Assembly (NCBI GenBank): GCA_035529075.1
Contig: DATKXK010000005.1
Location: 196,981-260,980, forward strand
Source of the DNA: Acidobacteriota bacterium
Lineage (GTDB): Bacteria; Zixibacteria; MSB-5A5; GN15; FEB-12
DNA: 64,000 nucleotides
Direction of reading: 5' to 3'
This document shows positions 18,841 to 27,050 of this stretch, piece after piece. A program made the position numbers and the translations under genes. The notes beneath the pieces were generated by a model. It saw nothing but the letters and a program-made list of their open reading frames with translations. It ran no database searches and was not told where the DNA came from. How positions within the stretch are numbered: the first letter of the stretch is position 1; the number at the start of each line of letters is the position of its first letter.

Positions 18841-18913
18841 ATAAAGCCTCTTTTCCACGCTGCTTGACGATCAGGTCAGGCGACGTTCTTCTGTATCTCG
18901 AACCGTGAGTATC

Positions 18914-20191
18914 TTAAAACCCGTAGGTGACTTTCAGGTAGGCGTTGTCATTCTTCTGAAACTGGCCGAATTCGGTGTTTTCATGGCTGCCGCCAAAGAT
19001 GTTCCCGCCCACGGCGAGAGCAATCTCGTCCGTGTGCTTGTACCCGAGGCGCAGCCTGATATACGCGTCCTTGTCGGTCGGCGAGAAGAACGCGAAGGCC
19101 GAGAGGCTCAGGTTCTCGTCCATCAGCAGTCTGGTAAGGCGCGACGTGACGAGGTGGCGGAATTCGTCGCGGACAAAAAGACCTGCCGGCTGCTGAGCCG
19201 CGAACTTGTCATAGTCCGTCATCCAGTCGATCTGCCACTGAGCGTTCACCGTCAGGTTCGCGGCGATCTGTCGTTCGTACCCGATCATGGCGGTGGCCGC
19301 TGAGTTCGGGATCAACGGGTTACCGCCGCACCTGTCTTCGCGGGAATCGAAATACCCGCCCTCGATCCAGAGCACTCCCTGCCAAACGGCCCCGCGCGCG
19401 GACGCTCCGTAAACGTTCAGGCGCGGATAGTAGGGAGTCAGCCGTCCGTCAACCGTCATTGCACCCACGGGGTTCTTGTAAAACCCCCTGTAGAAATACA
19501 GGGCCGTGGCGAAGTTGCCCACCTGCCGCTGGAATCGCAGTGCTGTCTCTGCGTTTTCAAATCTCGATGGCGGCCTCGGCGGCTCGAAATAGAATGTGTC
19601 GTCGGCTCCCGTGCCGACGATACCCGGAGCCCACGGCGCGGCCGGAAACGGGCTGTAATAGCTGAGCCGCCGCCCGGTCGGCAGGCGATTGGGCTCGAAG
19701 TTCGGCGTCCAGACGGCGTTGACGTTTCCCAGCGGGTGGTAGTACTCGACGCGAACCGCGTTCTGAGGGGCTTTCAGGTACTGATCATCCCTCCCGATGA
19801 AGAACGACCGGTAGTCCTTGGCGAAAACGTCGTTTATGAATATGAGGTCGCCGGTTCCCCAGGTGAGGACCTGGCGGCCTATCTTGAAGTCGAAGTTGTC
19901 ACCGAGCACGAATTTGAGGTATCCCTCGCGCAACTCCCAATCCAACCGGCTGGAGTCGGCGCCATCGTACACGAAATCCAGGCGGCCGAAAAACTCGCCC
20001 GCGTCGCCGAAATGTTCCGCGCGGAGCTGCAAACGCGTTTCCGAGGCCGTGTATTCGGTCGACGTGGGATTGTCCTTGTCCAGGCGGCCGCCGTAGAGCC
20101 CCTGCAAAAATCCGCCCCAGGTCACGTCGGCCCGGGAAACACCCGTCAGCACGAGGATCAGAGCAAACATTACCGCTGCTATCTGTTTCAC
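18914..20191 (-). CDS. Outer-membrane beta-barrel protein (DUF1302 / alginate-export-like)
   Basis: A signal peptide, the GRQVLTWGTGDL block and C-terminal ...KVTYGF are present. Confidence 0.65.
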   Translation of the reverse strand: MKQIAAVMFALILVLTGVSRADVTWGGFLQGLYGGRLDKDNPTSTEYTASETRLQLRAEHFGDAGEFFGRLDFVYDGADSSRLDWELREGYLKFVLGDNFDFKIGRQVLTWGTGDLIFINDVFAKDYRSFFIGRDDQYLKAPQNAVRVEYYHPLGNVNAVWTPNFEPNRLPTGRRLSYYSPFPAAPWAPGIVGTGADDTFYFEPPRPPSRFENAETALRFQRQVGNFATALYFYRGFYKNPVGAMTVDGRLTPYYPRLNVYGASARGAVWQGVLWIEGGYFDSREDRCGGNPLIPNSAATAMIGYERQIAANLTVNAQWQIDWMTDYDKFAAQQPAGLFVRDEFRHLVTSRLTRLLMDENLSLSAFAFFSPTDKDAYIRLRLGYKHTDEIALAVGGNIFGGSHENTEFGQFQKNDNAYLKVTYGF

Positions 20192-20207
20192 CTGCCACCT
20201 CCACCGG

Positions 20208-21035
20208 TTACTTGATGAACTTGCGCGGAGGGTTCTTGAGGTATCGCTCCGTGAACAGGTCGTCCGGAACGTCCTGGTTGTAGGCGATCTTTGAGAACGT
20301 CACGACGGTCTTGCTGCCCTTCTTGAGATCCTCCATACTGCGCGCCGTGACCGTCAGGATACCGTCGACCTCCTCGATCTTCTCCGCCGTAAAGACCCGG
20401 GTCATGGTACCGTTCTTGTCGAAGTACTCCTCCTTGAGCGGCAGGTATGTGTTCTTGTCGATATAGGAGATCTTGCGGCTGAACCCGTTGTAGGGTTGAT
20501 TGGGTATTGACTCGATGACAAAGACCGTGGTGCCGTTCAGCTCGGCCTCGCCCGTCAGCGTATGGCTGTCTTCGGTCCAGTGGCGCCCGGAGACGTCTTC
20601 GTAGGAGAAATCGGACCCGACGAAGCTCGAGTTCTTGTCGTCGGCGGAGATCGGTTTTATCAGGTCGACGGCCGGAACGTAGATCCATCTCATGTCGTTG
20701 CCGTCGGACGTCTTGTGGACCATGAAGGTAAGCCGGGCAACGTCGGACGGTTTCCTGAAGTACGTGTAGTATTTCTGGTTGCCGCCTTCCTCCACGTCAA
20801 GGCGCAGCATGGTGAATTCGCGGCGACGCTCCTTGCCCCTCTTGTCCGTGATGGTCATGGTCACGTCGGCAGTGCCGTCATCACCCGCGTAGTAGTAGGC
20901 GAGGTGGGATTTTTCCATGATCCCGGCTGCATCCTCGGCTGACGCGGCCAGCGCAAAGACTACGACGGCCATCAGCGAGCTTGTTAAGTAGCGAGTCAGG
21001 TTTCTCATCGTTTCCATCCTTTTCTTATTTGTCAC
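20208..21035 (-). CDS. LolA-like outer-membrane lipoprotein-sorting protein family
   Basis: A signal peptide is followed by the ...YYAGDDG...ITDKRGKERRREF...Y..F..P.DV pattern typical of the LolA_like family that accompanies RND/MMPL exporters. Confidence 0.75.
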   Translation of the reverse strand: MTNKKRMETMRNLTRYLTSSLMAVVVFALAASAEDAAGIMEKSHLAYYYAGDDGTADVTMTITDKRGKERRREFTMLRLDVEEGGNQKYYTYFRKPSDVARLTFMVHKTSDGNDMRWIYVPAVDLIKPISADDKNSSFVGSDFSYEDVSGRHWTEDSHTLTGEAELNGTTVFVIESIPNQPYNGFSRKISYIDKNTYLPLKEEYFDKNGTMTRVFTAEKIEEVDGILTVTARSMEDLKKGSKTVVTFSKIAYNQDVPDDLFTERYLKNPPRKFIK

Positions 21036-21038
21036 GTG

Positions 21039-23393
21039 TTATTGATTCTCGGTTTTCAGGGCCTTGGCGCTCGATGGCTCAGCCGTCACGGCGCGGACCG
21101 GCACGGCGAAGAGCGATTTGCTGAAGGTGCGGGCTATCGCCGGCAGAAGCAGCATGGTCACCAGACCGGAGATGACCATAATGGCGAGGAAGAAGGAACC
21201 GACCGTGATATACGGCACCAGCGTGGAGAAGAGCATGGGCACGAAACCGATGGCGATGACCAGCACGTTCCGGCCGATCGCCCTGCCGGCCCCCTCGAAT
21301 ATCTCACGGAAGGACTCCCTGAAGTCCTTCGTGCGGGCATGAACCATGCGGAGTCGCTGGATGAAGTGTATGGCAAAGTCGACCGACAGCCCCAGCGTCA
21401 GAGAGGAAAGCACCGCCACCGGCATGTCGTACGGCTTGCCGATGAAACCTATGAAGCCGTAGATGGCCATGATCGTGATCGACAGCGGCAGCATCGAGAT
21501 GACCCCCCACCGGAATGACCGGAAGAGGAATATCATCATGAGGAAGACCACGGCGTAGGAACCGAGCAGCGAAGAACGCATGCCCGTGACCATCTGACGC
21601 TGCCATTCGACGTTGATATAGGGCAGCCCGGCCCAGTGGACCGTCACACCCGGCGGCGGCGGGTTCGAGGCCAGAAAACGCGTGCCGCGCTCAACGACGC
21701 CGGAAACGGCGCGATTGTCGCCGTTCTTTAATTGCACCCAGACGTTGGCCTTGTCGTATCCGGGCGTCACGAACTTGAAGAGGTCGTCGGGATCACCGCC
21801 CGACAATTCGAACAGGAAGAGCAACTGGGCGATTTCCTGCCGGGATTCGGGCAGGGCGAGCCTGGACGAGTCCGCGCCGAACAGCTCGTATCGGACCTTC
21901 TTGACAATGTCGGTCAGGCCGGTGGTGGCCCCTACAATGTCTTCCTTCTCCAGTTCGCGCTGGAAAGATTCCATGTAGACTGCGACCTGCGGAGATTTCA
22001 TCAGGTCTTCCTCGTCACCCTGAAAAACGAGGTAATTCACGTACGTGCCGGCCAGGTGCTGATTCATGGCTGTATCGGCGACGCGGATGGGGTGGGAGCG
22101 CTTGAACCACTTCACGGGGTTGTCGTTGACCTCAATCATGGTGAGACCGACGACGGCGACGACGACGACCGCCGCCGCAGCGCCGATAATGCCCTTGTGG
22201 TGCCGGTAAGAGAAGTCGCGAAACGCGTGCATGGTTCCGGTCAGCAGGCCGTGCTGATCGTCAACGGCCCCAAAATTGCGCAGTGTCCGGGTCGATATCA
22301 GCATGGCGATGGCCGGATTCAGGGTGATCGAGAGCAACCAGGCGACAACGATGCCGAAGGCCACGAAAATGCCGAACACGCGTACCGGGGGAATCGGGGT
22401 CAGAGCCAGGGAGAGAAACCCGGCCACGGTGGTCAACGAGGTGAAGAGCATGGGTACGAACAACTCGTTGATCGAGTGGCGGATGGTCGAGTCCTTGTGC
22501 TTGTATCGTTTATAATGATCGTGGAATTCGGAGATGATATGGATGGAGTTTAATACGGCGATGGGAATCAGGAAAATGGGTATCATGGAGGACATGATGT
22601 GCACGGTATTGCCCGTCAGGATAAGCAGTCCCATCGACCAGATCACCGACATCAGGGCGACCACCATGGGGGCGAGAATGATCTTGATCTTTCTGAAGAA
22701 CAACAACAGCAGCAGGAAGATGATGAGCATGGCGGCAGGCGCGCTGTAGGCCATCTGGGCAAACATCTCCGCGCCAAAGGAGTCTTCCGCCAGCGGCAGT
22801 CCCGCAATGTGATACTCGGCGTCGCCGCCGTGCCTGTCTATGATATGACGAATTTCTCCGGCGATCCGGTGCGACATATCCTTCGATTCGATAGGTATGA
22901 AAAGCGCGACCGCCTGGCCGTCATCGGAGGCCAGCTTGCCGCGCAGAATCGGGTTGTCGAGAATGCGCGTCAGGATATACGCGGCCTCTTCATCCGAGGC
23001 GATCTCCCCGCCCATGAGCGGCTTTACGACCAGCATGCCGCCCGGTCCCTGTTCGATGTCATCGACGGTCGAGGGAGCCAGTATGTCCCGGACAATCACG
23101 CCGTCGATCTGGAGTATTTCAGCCGTAATCCGGTAGATGCGGTTGAGCATGTCCGCCGTGAAAGCGGTCGGCTGTTTCACGACGCCGACGGCGATGAAAT
23201 CGTGCAGGTCGAAATCTTCCTTGGTAGCGCTGTGCAGCAGGCGGGTGGGCTCGTCCGACTCCAGCATGTTCTGCGGATCGGTGTCAATCTTGATCCTGGG
23301 GAATTGGGCGGCAAAAAAGGCCGTCACCGCCACGGCAATGGCGATGACCAGCCACGGTCGTCGTATAGAGAAATCCGTCAGTCCCTTCTTCAT
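21039..23393 (-). CDS. RND-superfamily MMPL-type exporter (COG1033-like)
   Basis: 784 aa with two blocks of about 6 TM segments, each following a large periplasmic loop, and SSD-like regions. Confidence 0.85.
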   Translation of the reverse strand: MKKGLTDFSIRRPWLVIAIAVAVTAFFAAQFPRIKIDTDPQNMLESDEPTRLLHSATKEDFDLHDFIAVGVVKQPTAFTADMLNRIYRITAEILQIDGVIVRDILAPSTVDDIEQGPGGMLVVKPLMGGEIASDEEAAYILTRILDNPILRGKLASDDGQAVALFIPIESKDMSHRIAGEIRHIIDRHGGDAEYHIAGLPLAEDSFGAEMFAQMAYSAPAAMLIIFLLLLLFFRKIKIILAPMVVALMSVIWSMGLLILTGNTVHIMSSMIPIFLIPIAVLNSIHIISEFHDHYKRYKHKDSTIRHSINELFVPMLFTSLTTVAGFLSLALTPIPPVRVFGIFVAFGIVVAWLLSITLNPAIAMLISTRTLRNFGAVDDQHGLLTGTMHAFRDFSYRHHKGIIGAAAAVVVVAVVGLTMIEVNDNPVKWFKRSHPIRVADTAMNQHLAGTYVNYLVFQGDEEDLMKSPQVAVYMESFQRELEKEDIVGATTGLTDIVKKVRYELFGADSSRLALPESRQEIAQLLFLFELSGGDPDDLFKFVTPGYDKANVWVQLKNGDNRAVSGVVERGTRFLASNPPPPGVTVHWAGLPYINVEWQRQMVTGMRSSLLGSYAVVFLMMIFLFRSFRWGVISMLPLSITIMAIYGFIGFIGKPYDMPVAVLSSLTLGLSVDFAIHFIQRLRMVHARTKDFRESFREIFEGAGRAIGRNVLVIAIGFVPMLFSTLVPYITVGSFFLAIMVISGLVTMLLLPAIARTFSKSLFAVPVRAVTAEPSSAKALKTENQ

Positions 23394-23571
23394 ACTCCAT
23401 CCTCTTTCCTGGGCGGTTGATGTTTCCAGTGTTAGATGGGTCTCGGACAGAAATGATTCAGATTTTTTCGCGGCTGACGGCGGCGCGTAAGCTGTTGGCG
23501 CGGGCTAAGAAAGCCGGTGTGGGCGGAGTGGGGGAAAGGAACCGAGGCCGGTTGTGGAGGTTATGGAAGGC

Positions 23572-23826
23572 TCAGGGCTTCCGGCCGAACTTCTTTTCCC
23601 ACCGTTGCTTGAGCAGGGCGTTGAGTTTGCTTTCGAGAGACGGCGGTAGCGGTTCGGGTTTGCCATCCCGGCACAGACTGACCGTCATCTTCATGGTGTC
23701 CACCATGATACGGCAATTAGTGCACTGGCTGAGGTGTTTCCTGATCTCGGCACAAAGCTCAGGATCGATCTCGCCGTCGATATAATCGCTGAGATCCTCA
23801 ATGTATTCTTCACAATGTCTTGCCAT
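23572..23826 (-). CDS. Zinc-binding (ZAS, zf-HC2) anti-sigma factor, short cytoplasmic type
   Basis: The start is trimmed to ATG 23826 (MARHCEEY...), giving a 17-nt overlap with the sigma gene. The HLSQCTNC sequence fits H-x3-C-x2-C. Confidence 0.72.
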   Translation of the reverse strand: MARHCEEYIEDLSDYIDGEIDPELCAEIRKHLSQCTNCRIMVDTMKMTVSLCRDGKPEPLPPSLESKLNALLKQRWEKKFGRKP

Positions 23827-24406
23827 AACTTCCCTCGAATACTTCTGCCAGAAAATCGCGCAGAGCCAGCCGGGCACGAAGAATTCTGGACTTGGTCGCC
23901 GCCTCGCTCTCGCCGATCAGCCGGGCCACTTCTTTGACCGACAACTCTTCGACATAGCGCAACAGGAACGCCTCGCGATACTTGTACGGCAGTTCGCCTA
24001 TGGCCTTGTCAATCACGCGTCGTAACTCCGCCGTTTCGAGCTCCTGGTGGGGGTCGTGCCAGTCAAAGAGCTGATGGTCCTCGGGGCCGGCGCCGTCGGA
24101 ATGGCCGGCCGGCAGGTATTCCTGAAGCGGTTTGAGATCCACCTGTTTTCGGCTTGCGTACAGCGCTCGCGACTCGTTCAGGGCGATGCTGTACAGCCAG
24201 GTGCCGAACGACGACTCCAAGCGAAACTGGTCAATCTTGTCAACTGCCTTCAGGAAGGTTTCCTGCACGATGTCCTCGGCGTCCTGCTTGTTGCCGGCCA
24301 GTCTCCGGGCCAGACCGTAAATCCTGTTCTTGTGCCGGCTGAGCAGCTCCGAAAAAGCGTCAAAATCACCGGCCTGGGCTCTCTGGACAAGTTCCCGTTC
24401 ACTCAT
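23810..24406 (-). CDS. ECF-type RNA polymerase sigma-70 family factor
   Basis: The start is trimmed to ATG 24406 (MSERELV...). Region 2 is DAEDIVQETFLKA...FGTWLYSIA and region 4 is LSVKEVARLIGESEAATKSRILRAR. Confidence 0.88.
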   Translation of the reverse strand: MSERELVQRAQAGDFDAFSELLSRHKNRIYGLARRLAGNKQDAEDIVQETFLKAVDKIDQFRLESSFGTWLYSIALNESRALYASRKQVDLKPLQEYLPAGHSDGAGPEDHQLFDWHDPHQELETAELRRVIDKAIGELPYKYREAFLLRYVEELSVKEVARLIGESEAATKSRILRARLALRDFLAEVFEGSYGKTL

Positions 24407-24619
24407 ACGATTTAAATATAGACAAAACGATTCAAAGTTTATATCAAAAAGGAGCGGGTGGCAGAAGCAGACCGCGGGTGCATCATGTGTCTTCTCCGCA
24501 CGCGGGGCCGCGACCGCCGGTACGCCGCTTTGCCGCCGGCCGTGACTGAAAGAATACGGCCCCGGCGGCGATGTTGAAATATGCAAGTCGCGGGAACCTT
24601 TCACGCGGCTACCGGGTAA

Positions 24620-24719
24620 TGAATAGAGGGTTGGCGATTGGACTGACTCCTTGACGTGACACCATATCGCCGACTAGCCCCGTGCCGACTCCCTCCCCCC
24701 CGGCACGGGGTACATTTTT
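24620..24719 (+). ncRNA. Candidate small RNA, copy A of a three-member tandem family
   Basis: TAGAG block at 24624-28. Stem 1 is GGCGAT/ATCGCC (24633-38 / 24666-71). The 10-bp stem CCCCGTGCCG/CGGCACGGGG (24678-87 / 24701-10) has a 13-nt loop ACTCCCTCCCCCC and is followed by a T5 run ending at 24719. The 5' end is not determined. Confidence 0.45.
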
Positions 24720-24883
24720 CCGGTCATTTCCACATTTCGCGGAGAAGGAAGAACTCCGTTGGGGTCAGCGCAGAGCGTACACGGCGGCTCGGCGCGCGTC
24801 GCGGTTCGCGGCCGGGAGCGCATCCCGGAGTCCGTGTTTCTCTTCCATTGGCCGAGTCTCGGGGAACATTTTCACGCCCGATT

Positions 24884-24988
24884 TTGTAGTAGAGTCTGAT
24901 AGGCGGCTGGAATGACTCCTCGAACGACATCAATGCCGCCTTTGGCCCCGCGTCGATCCCCTCCCCCCCGGCGCGGGGCACTTTTTTT
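24884..24988 (+). ncRNA. Candidate small RNA, copy B
   Basis: TAGAG at 24890-94. Stem 1 is GGCGGC/GCCGCC (24902-07 / 24935-40). The stem CCCCGCGTCG/CGGCGCGGGG (24946-55 / 24969-78, one G-U pair) has the loop ATCCCCTCCCCCC and is followed by a T7 run ending at 24988. Confidence 0.45.
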
Positions 24989-25084
24989 GTGGCTTTGCTG
25001 GACCCACTATGTTGATTATTTACAGGCTCTTGAGGGGAATCTGGGAAAAAGACCGGCCGGCCGGGAACATCTCGCGCCCAAACA

Positions 25085-25190
25085 TTGTAGTAGAGGCTGA
25101 CTGGCGGCTGGACGGACATCGGGATATGACAACCATGCCGTCAGTCGACCCCGGGCCGTCTCCCTCCCCCACGGCACGGGGTTTCTTTTT
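25085..25190 (+). ncRNA. Candidate small RNA, copy C
   Basis: TAGAG at 25091-95. Stem 1 is GGCGGC/GCCGTC (25103-08 / 25137-42, one G-U pair). The stem CCCCGGGCCG/CGGCACGGGG (25149-58 / 25172-81, one mismatch) has the loop TCTCCCTCCCCCA and is followed by TTTCTTTTT ending at 25190. Confidence 0.45.
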
Positions 25191-25263
25191 GCCTGAAATA
25201 ACCCGACGGTTTCCAATCAGGAAAGGGGAGTAGCGGGAATCGGGTGCTTTCCGAGAGTCGTCT

Positions 25264-26661
25264 TTAGAACTTGACCCAGCGCGGGACCCTGGGGAAGGGG
25301 AGGACGTCGCGGATGTTGGCCATGCCGGTTATATACATGATGGCGCGGTCGAAACCGAGGCCGAACCCGGCGTGCGGAACCGAACCCCACCTGCGAATGT
25401 CCAGGTACCAGAAGTAGTTGTCGAAATCCGTGATGCCCTTGGCGGTCATTCGATCCTTCAGAACGTCGTAGCGGTCCTCGCGCTGGGAACCGCCGATAAT
25501 CTCTCCCACCTTGGGTACGAGCACGTCCATGGCGCGGACCGTCTTACCGTCGTCGTTAACCTTCATGTAGAAGGACTTGATCTCTTCCGGGTAGTCATAG
25601 ACAATGACCGGTTTTTGGAACGTCTTTTCAGTCAGGTAGCGTTCGTGCTCCGATTGCAGATCGCGTCCCCAGCCGACCGGGTACTCGAAGGGTTCACGGG
25701 CCGACTCGAGGATTTTCACCGCCTCCGTATAGGTGAGGCGCTCGAACTCCGACGACGCAACCGCCTCCAGCGTCCGGCATACGTCCTTGTCGATCCACTT
25801 GCTGAAGAACGCCATTTCGTCGGCGCAATCCTCCAGCGCGAAACGGAAGAGTGACTTCACGAAGTCCTCAGCGAGGTCCATGTTGTCGTCGAGCTCCGCC
25901 CAGGCCATTTCCGGCTCGATCATCCAGAATTCGGAGGCGTGACGGCTGGTATTGGAGTTCTCGGCTCGAAAGGTCGGCCCGAACGTATAGACGTCACCAA
26001 GGGCGGTGGCCAGAAGCTCGGCTTCGAGCTGGCCGGAAACCGTCAGAAAAGTCTCGTGGGCGAAGAAGTCGGCATCCCAGTCGACCTGGCCGTCCTTGCG
26101 CGGCACGTTTGACGGGTCAAGGCACGTGACGCGGAACATGTCGCCCGCGCCCTCTGCATCGGAGGCTGAGATAATAGGCGTGTGGATGTAGTAAAAGCCC
26201 CGCTCGTAGTAGTACCGGTGGATGGCGTAGGCAAGCTTGGAGCGGATGCGATTGACGGCACCGAACGTGTTGGTGCGGGGACGCAGGTGTGCGATCTCGC
26301 GAAGGAACTCGAACGAATGGCGTTTCTTCTGCAGCGGGTAGGCTGAGTCGGCATGGCCCACCACGTCGAGCGTGTCCACGGCCACCTCGTACTTCTGCCC
26401 CTTGCCCTGTGAGTGGATCAGACGACCACTGATCCGGACCGCCGCGCCGGAGAGTATCTTTTCGACGAGGGGAAACTTCTCCGGGTCGTTGACGACCCCC
26501 TGGATATTGCTCATGCAGGAGCCGTCGTTTACGTCAACGAAAGCAACCGCCTTGCTGACGCGGGCGCTGCGCACCCAGCCGAGGATTATGACCTGGGAGT
26601 CGACGGGGACGCTGTCATCGACTAGAATGCGGGCAATCTTTGTCCTCGATTTGTAATCCAT
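25264..26661 (-). CDS. asnS: Asparagine--tRNA ligase
   Basis: The start is trimmed to ATG 26661 (MDYKSRTKI...). An N-terminal OB fold, the class II motifs and the AsnRS-typical FRAENSNTSRHASEFWMIEPE are present. Confidence 0.9.
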   Translation of the reverse strand: MDYKSRTKIARILVDDSVPVDSQVIILGWVRSARVSKAVAFVDVNDGSCMSNIQGVVNDPEKFPLVEKILSGAAVRISGRLIHSQGKGQKYEVAVDTLDVVGHADSAYPLQKKRHSFEFLREIAHLRPRTNTFGAVNRIRSKLAYAIHRYYYERGFYYIHTPIISASDAEGAGDMFRVTCLDPSNVPRKDGQVDWDADFFAHETFLTVSGQLEAELLATALGDVYTFGPTFRAENSNTSRHASEFWMIEPEMAWAELDDNMDLAEDFVKSLFRFALEDCADEMAFFSKWIDKDVCRTLEAVASSEFERLTYTEAVKILESAREPFEYPVGWGRDLQSEHERYLTEKTFQKPVIVYDYPEEIKSFYMKVNDDGKTVRAMDVLVPKVGEIIGGSQREDRYDVLKDRMTAKGITDFDNYFWYLDIRRWGSVPHAGFGLGFDRAIMYITGMANIRDVLPFPRVPRWVKF

Positions 26662-27050
26662 TTTCGGTCCTTGTGCCCTGTGTGAGTCACGTGCCCCTTG
26701 ATCCGGGGCCGCGGGCGGCCGACAGGGCCACTGGCTAATAATAGCAGAAATGCCCCTAAGCGCAATATATAAGGAGTAATAGCCGCCCGTCGGGGTCGGG
26801 CCCGATCCTTTTTGTGCCCCGGATGGAACTTCCAGCTCTATCGGACGTATACACAGGTACACAAGAAGGGTTTTGCTCCTAGCGGCGAAAGCCGAACACT
26901 TCCTGACCTATCATTCGCGTTCGCCGCCGGCCCGTAACGGCCGGCGGCGAACTTTGTTGTGCCCATTCGTTACCTGCTGGTCGGGATTCTGCGTCGGGAG
27001 GCCGGTGGAGCCCTGGTTCGCCGCGTGCCGCACGCGGGCGAGCGGCGACA

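Noticed and set aside
24592-25190. The three repeats as a CRISPR array or a mobile-element terminal repeat
   Set aside because: There are only three copies. They are imperfect, about 100 nt long and spaced about 200-270 nt apart, so they are not short identical repeats with uniform spacers. No cas, transposase or integrase gene is nearby.
24656-25233. Short ORFs inside the asnS-sigma intergenic region (24656..24889+, 24682..24915+, 24724..25119-, 24912..25100+, 25009..25233+, 25016..25216-)
   Set aside because: They run through the repeated hairpin/T-run modules, have no RBS, and are R/P/G-rich. The repeat structure is better explained as RNA elements.
26662-26900. T-box or other leader upstream of asnS
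   Set aside because: I found no T-box consensus (AGGGTGGNACCGCG-like) or specifier/antiterminator arrangement on the minus strand. It is probably an ordinary 5' region.
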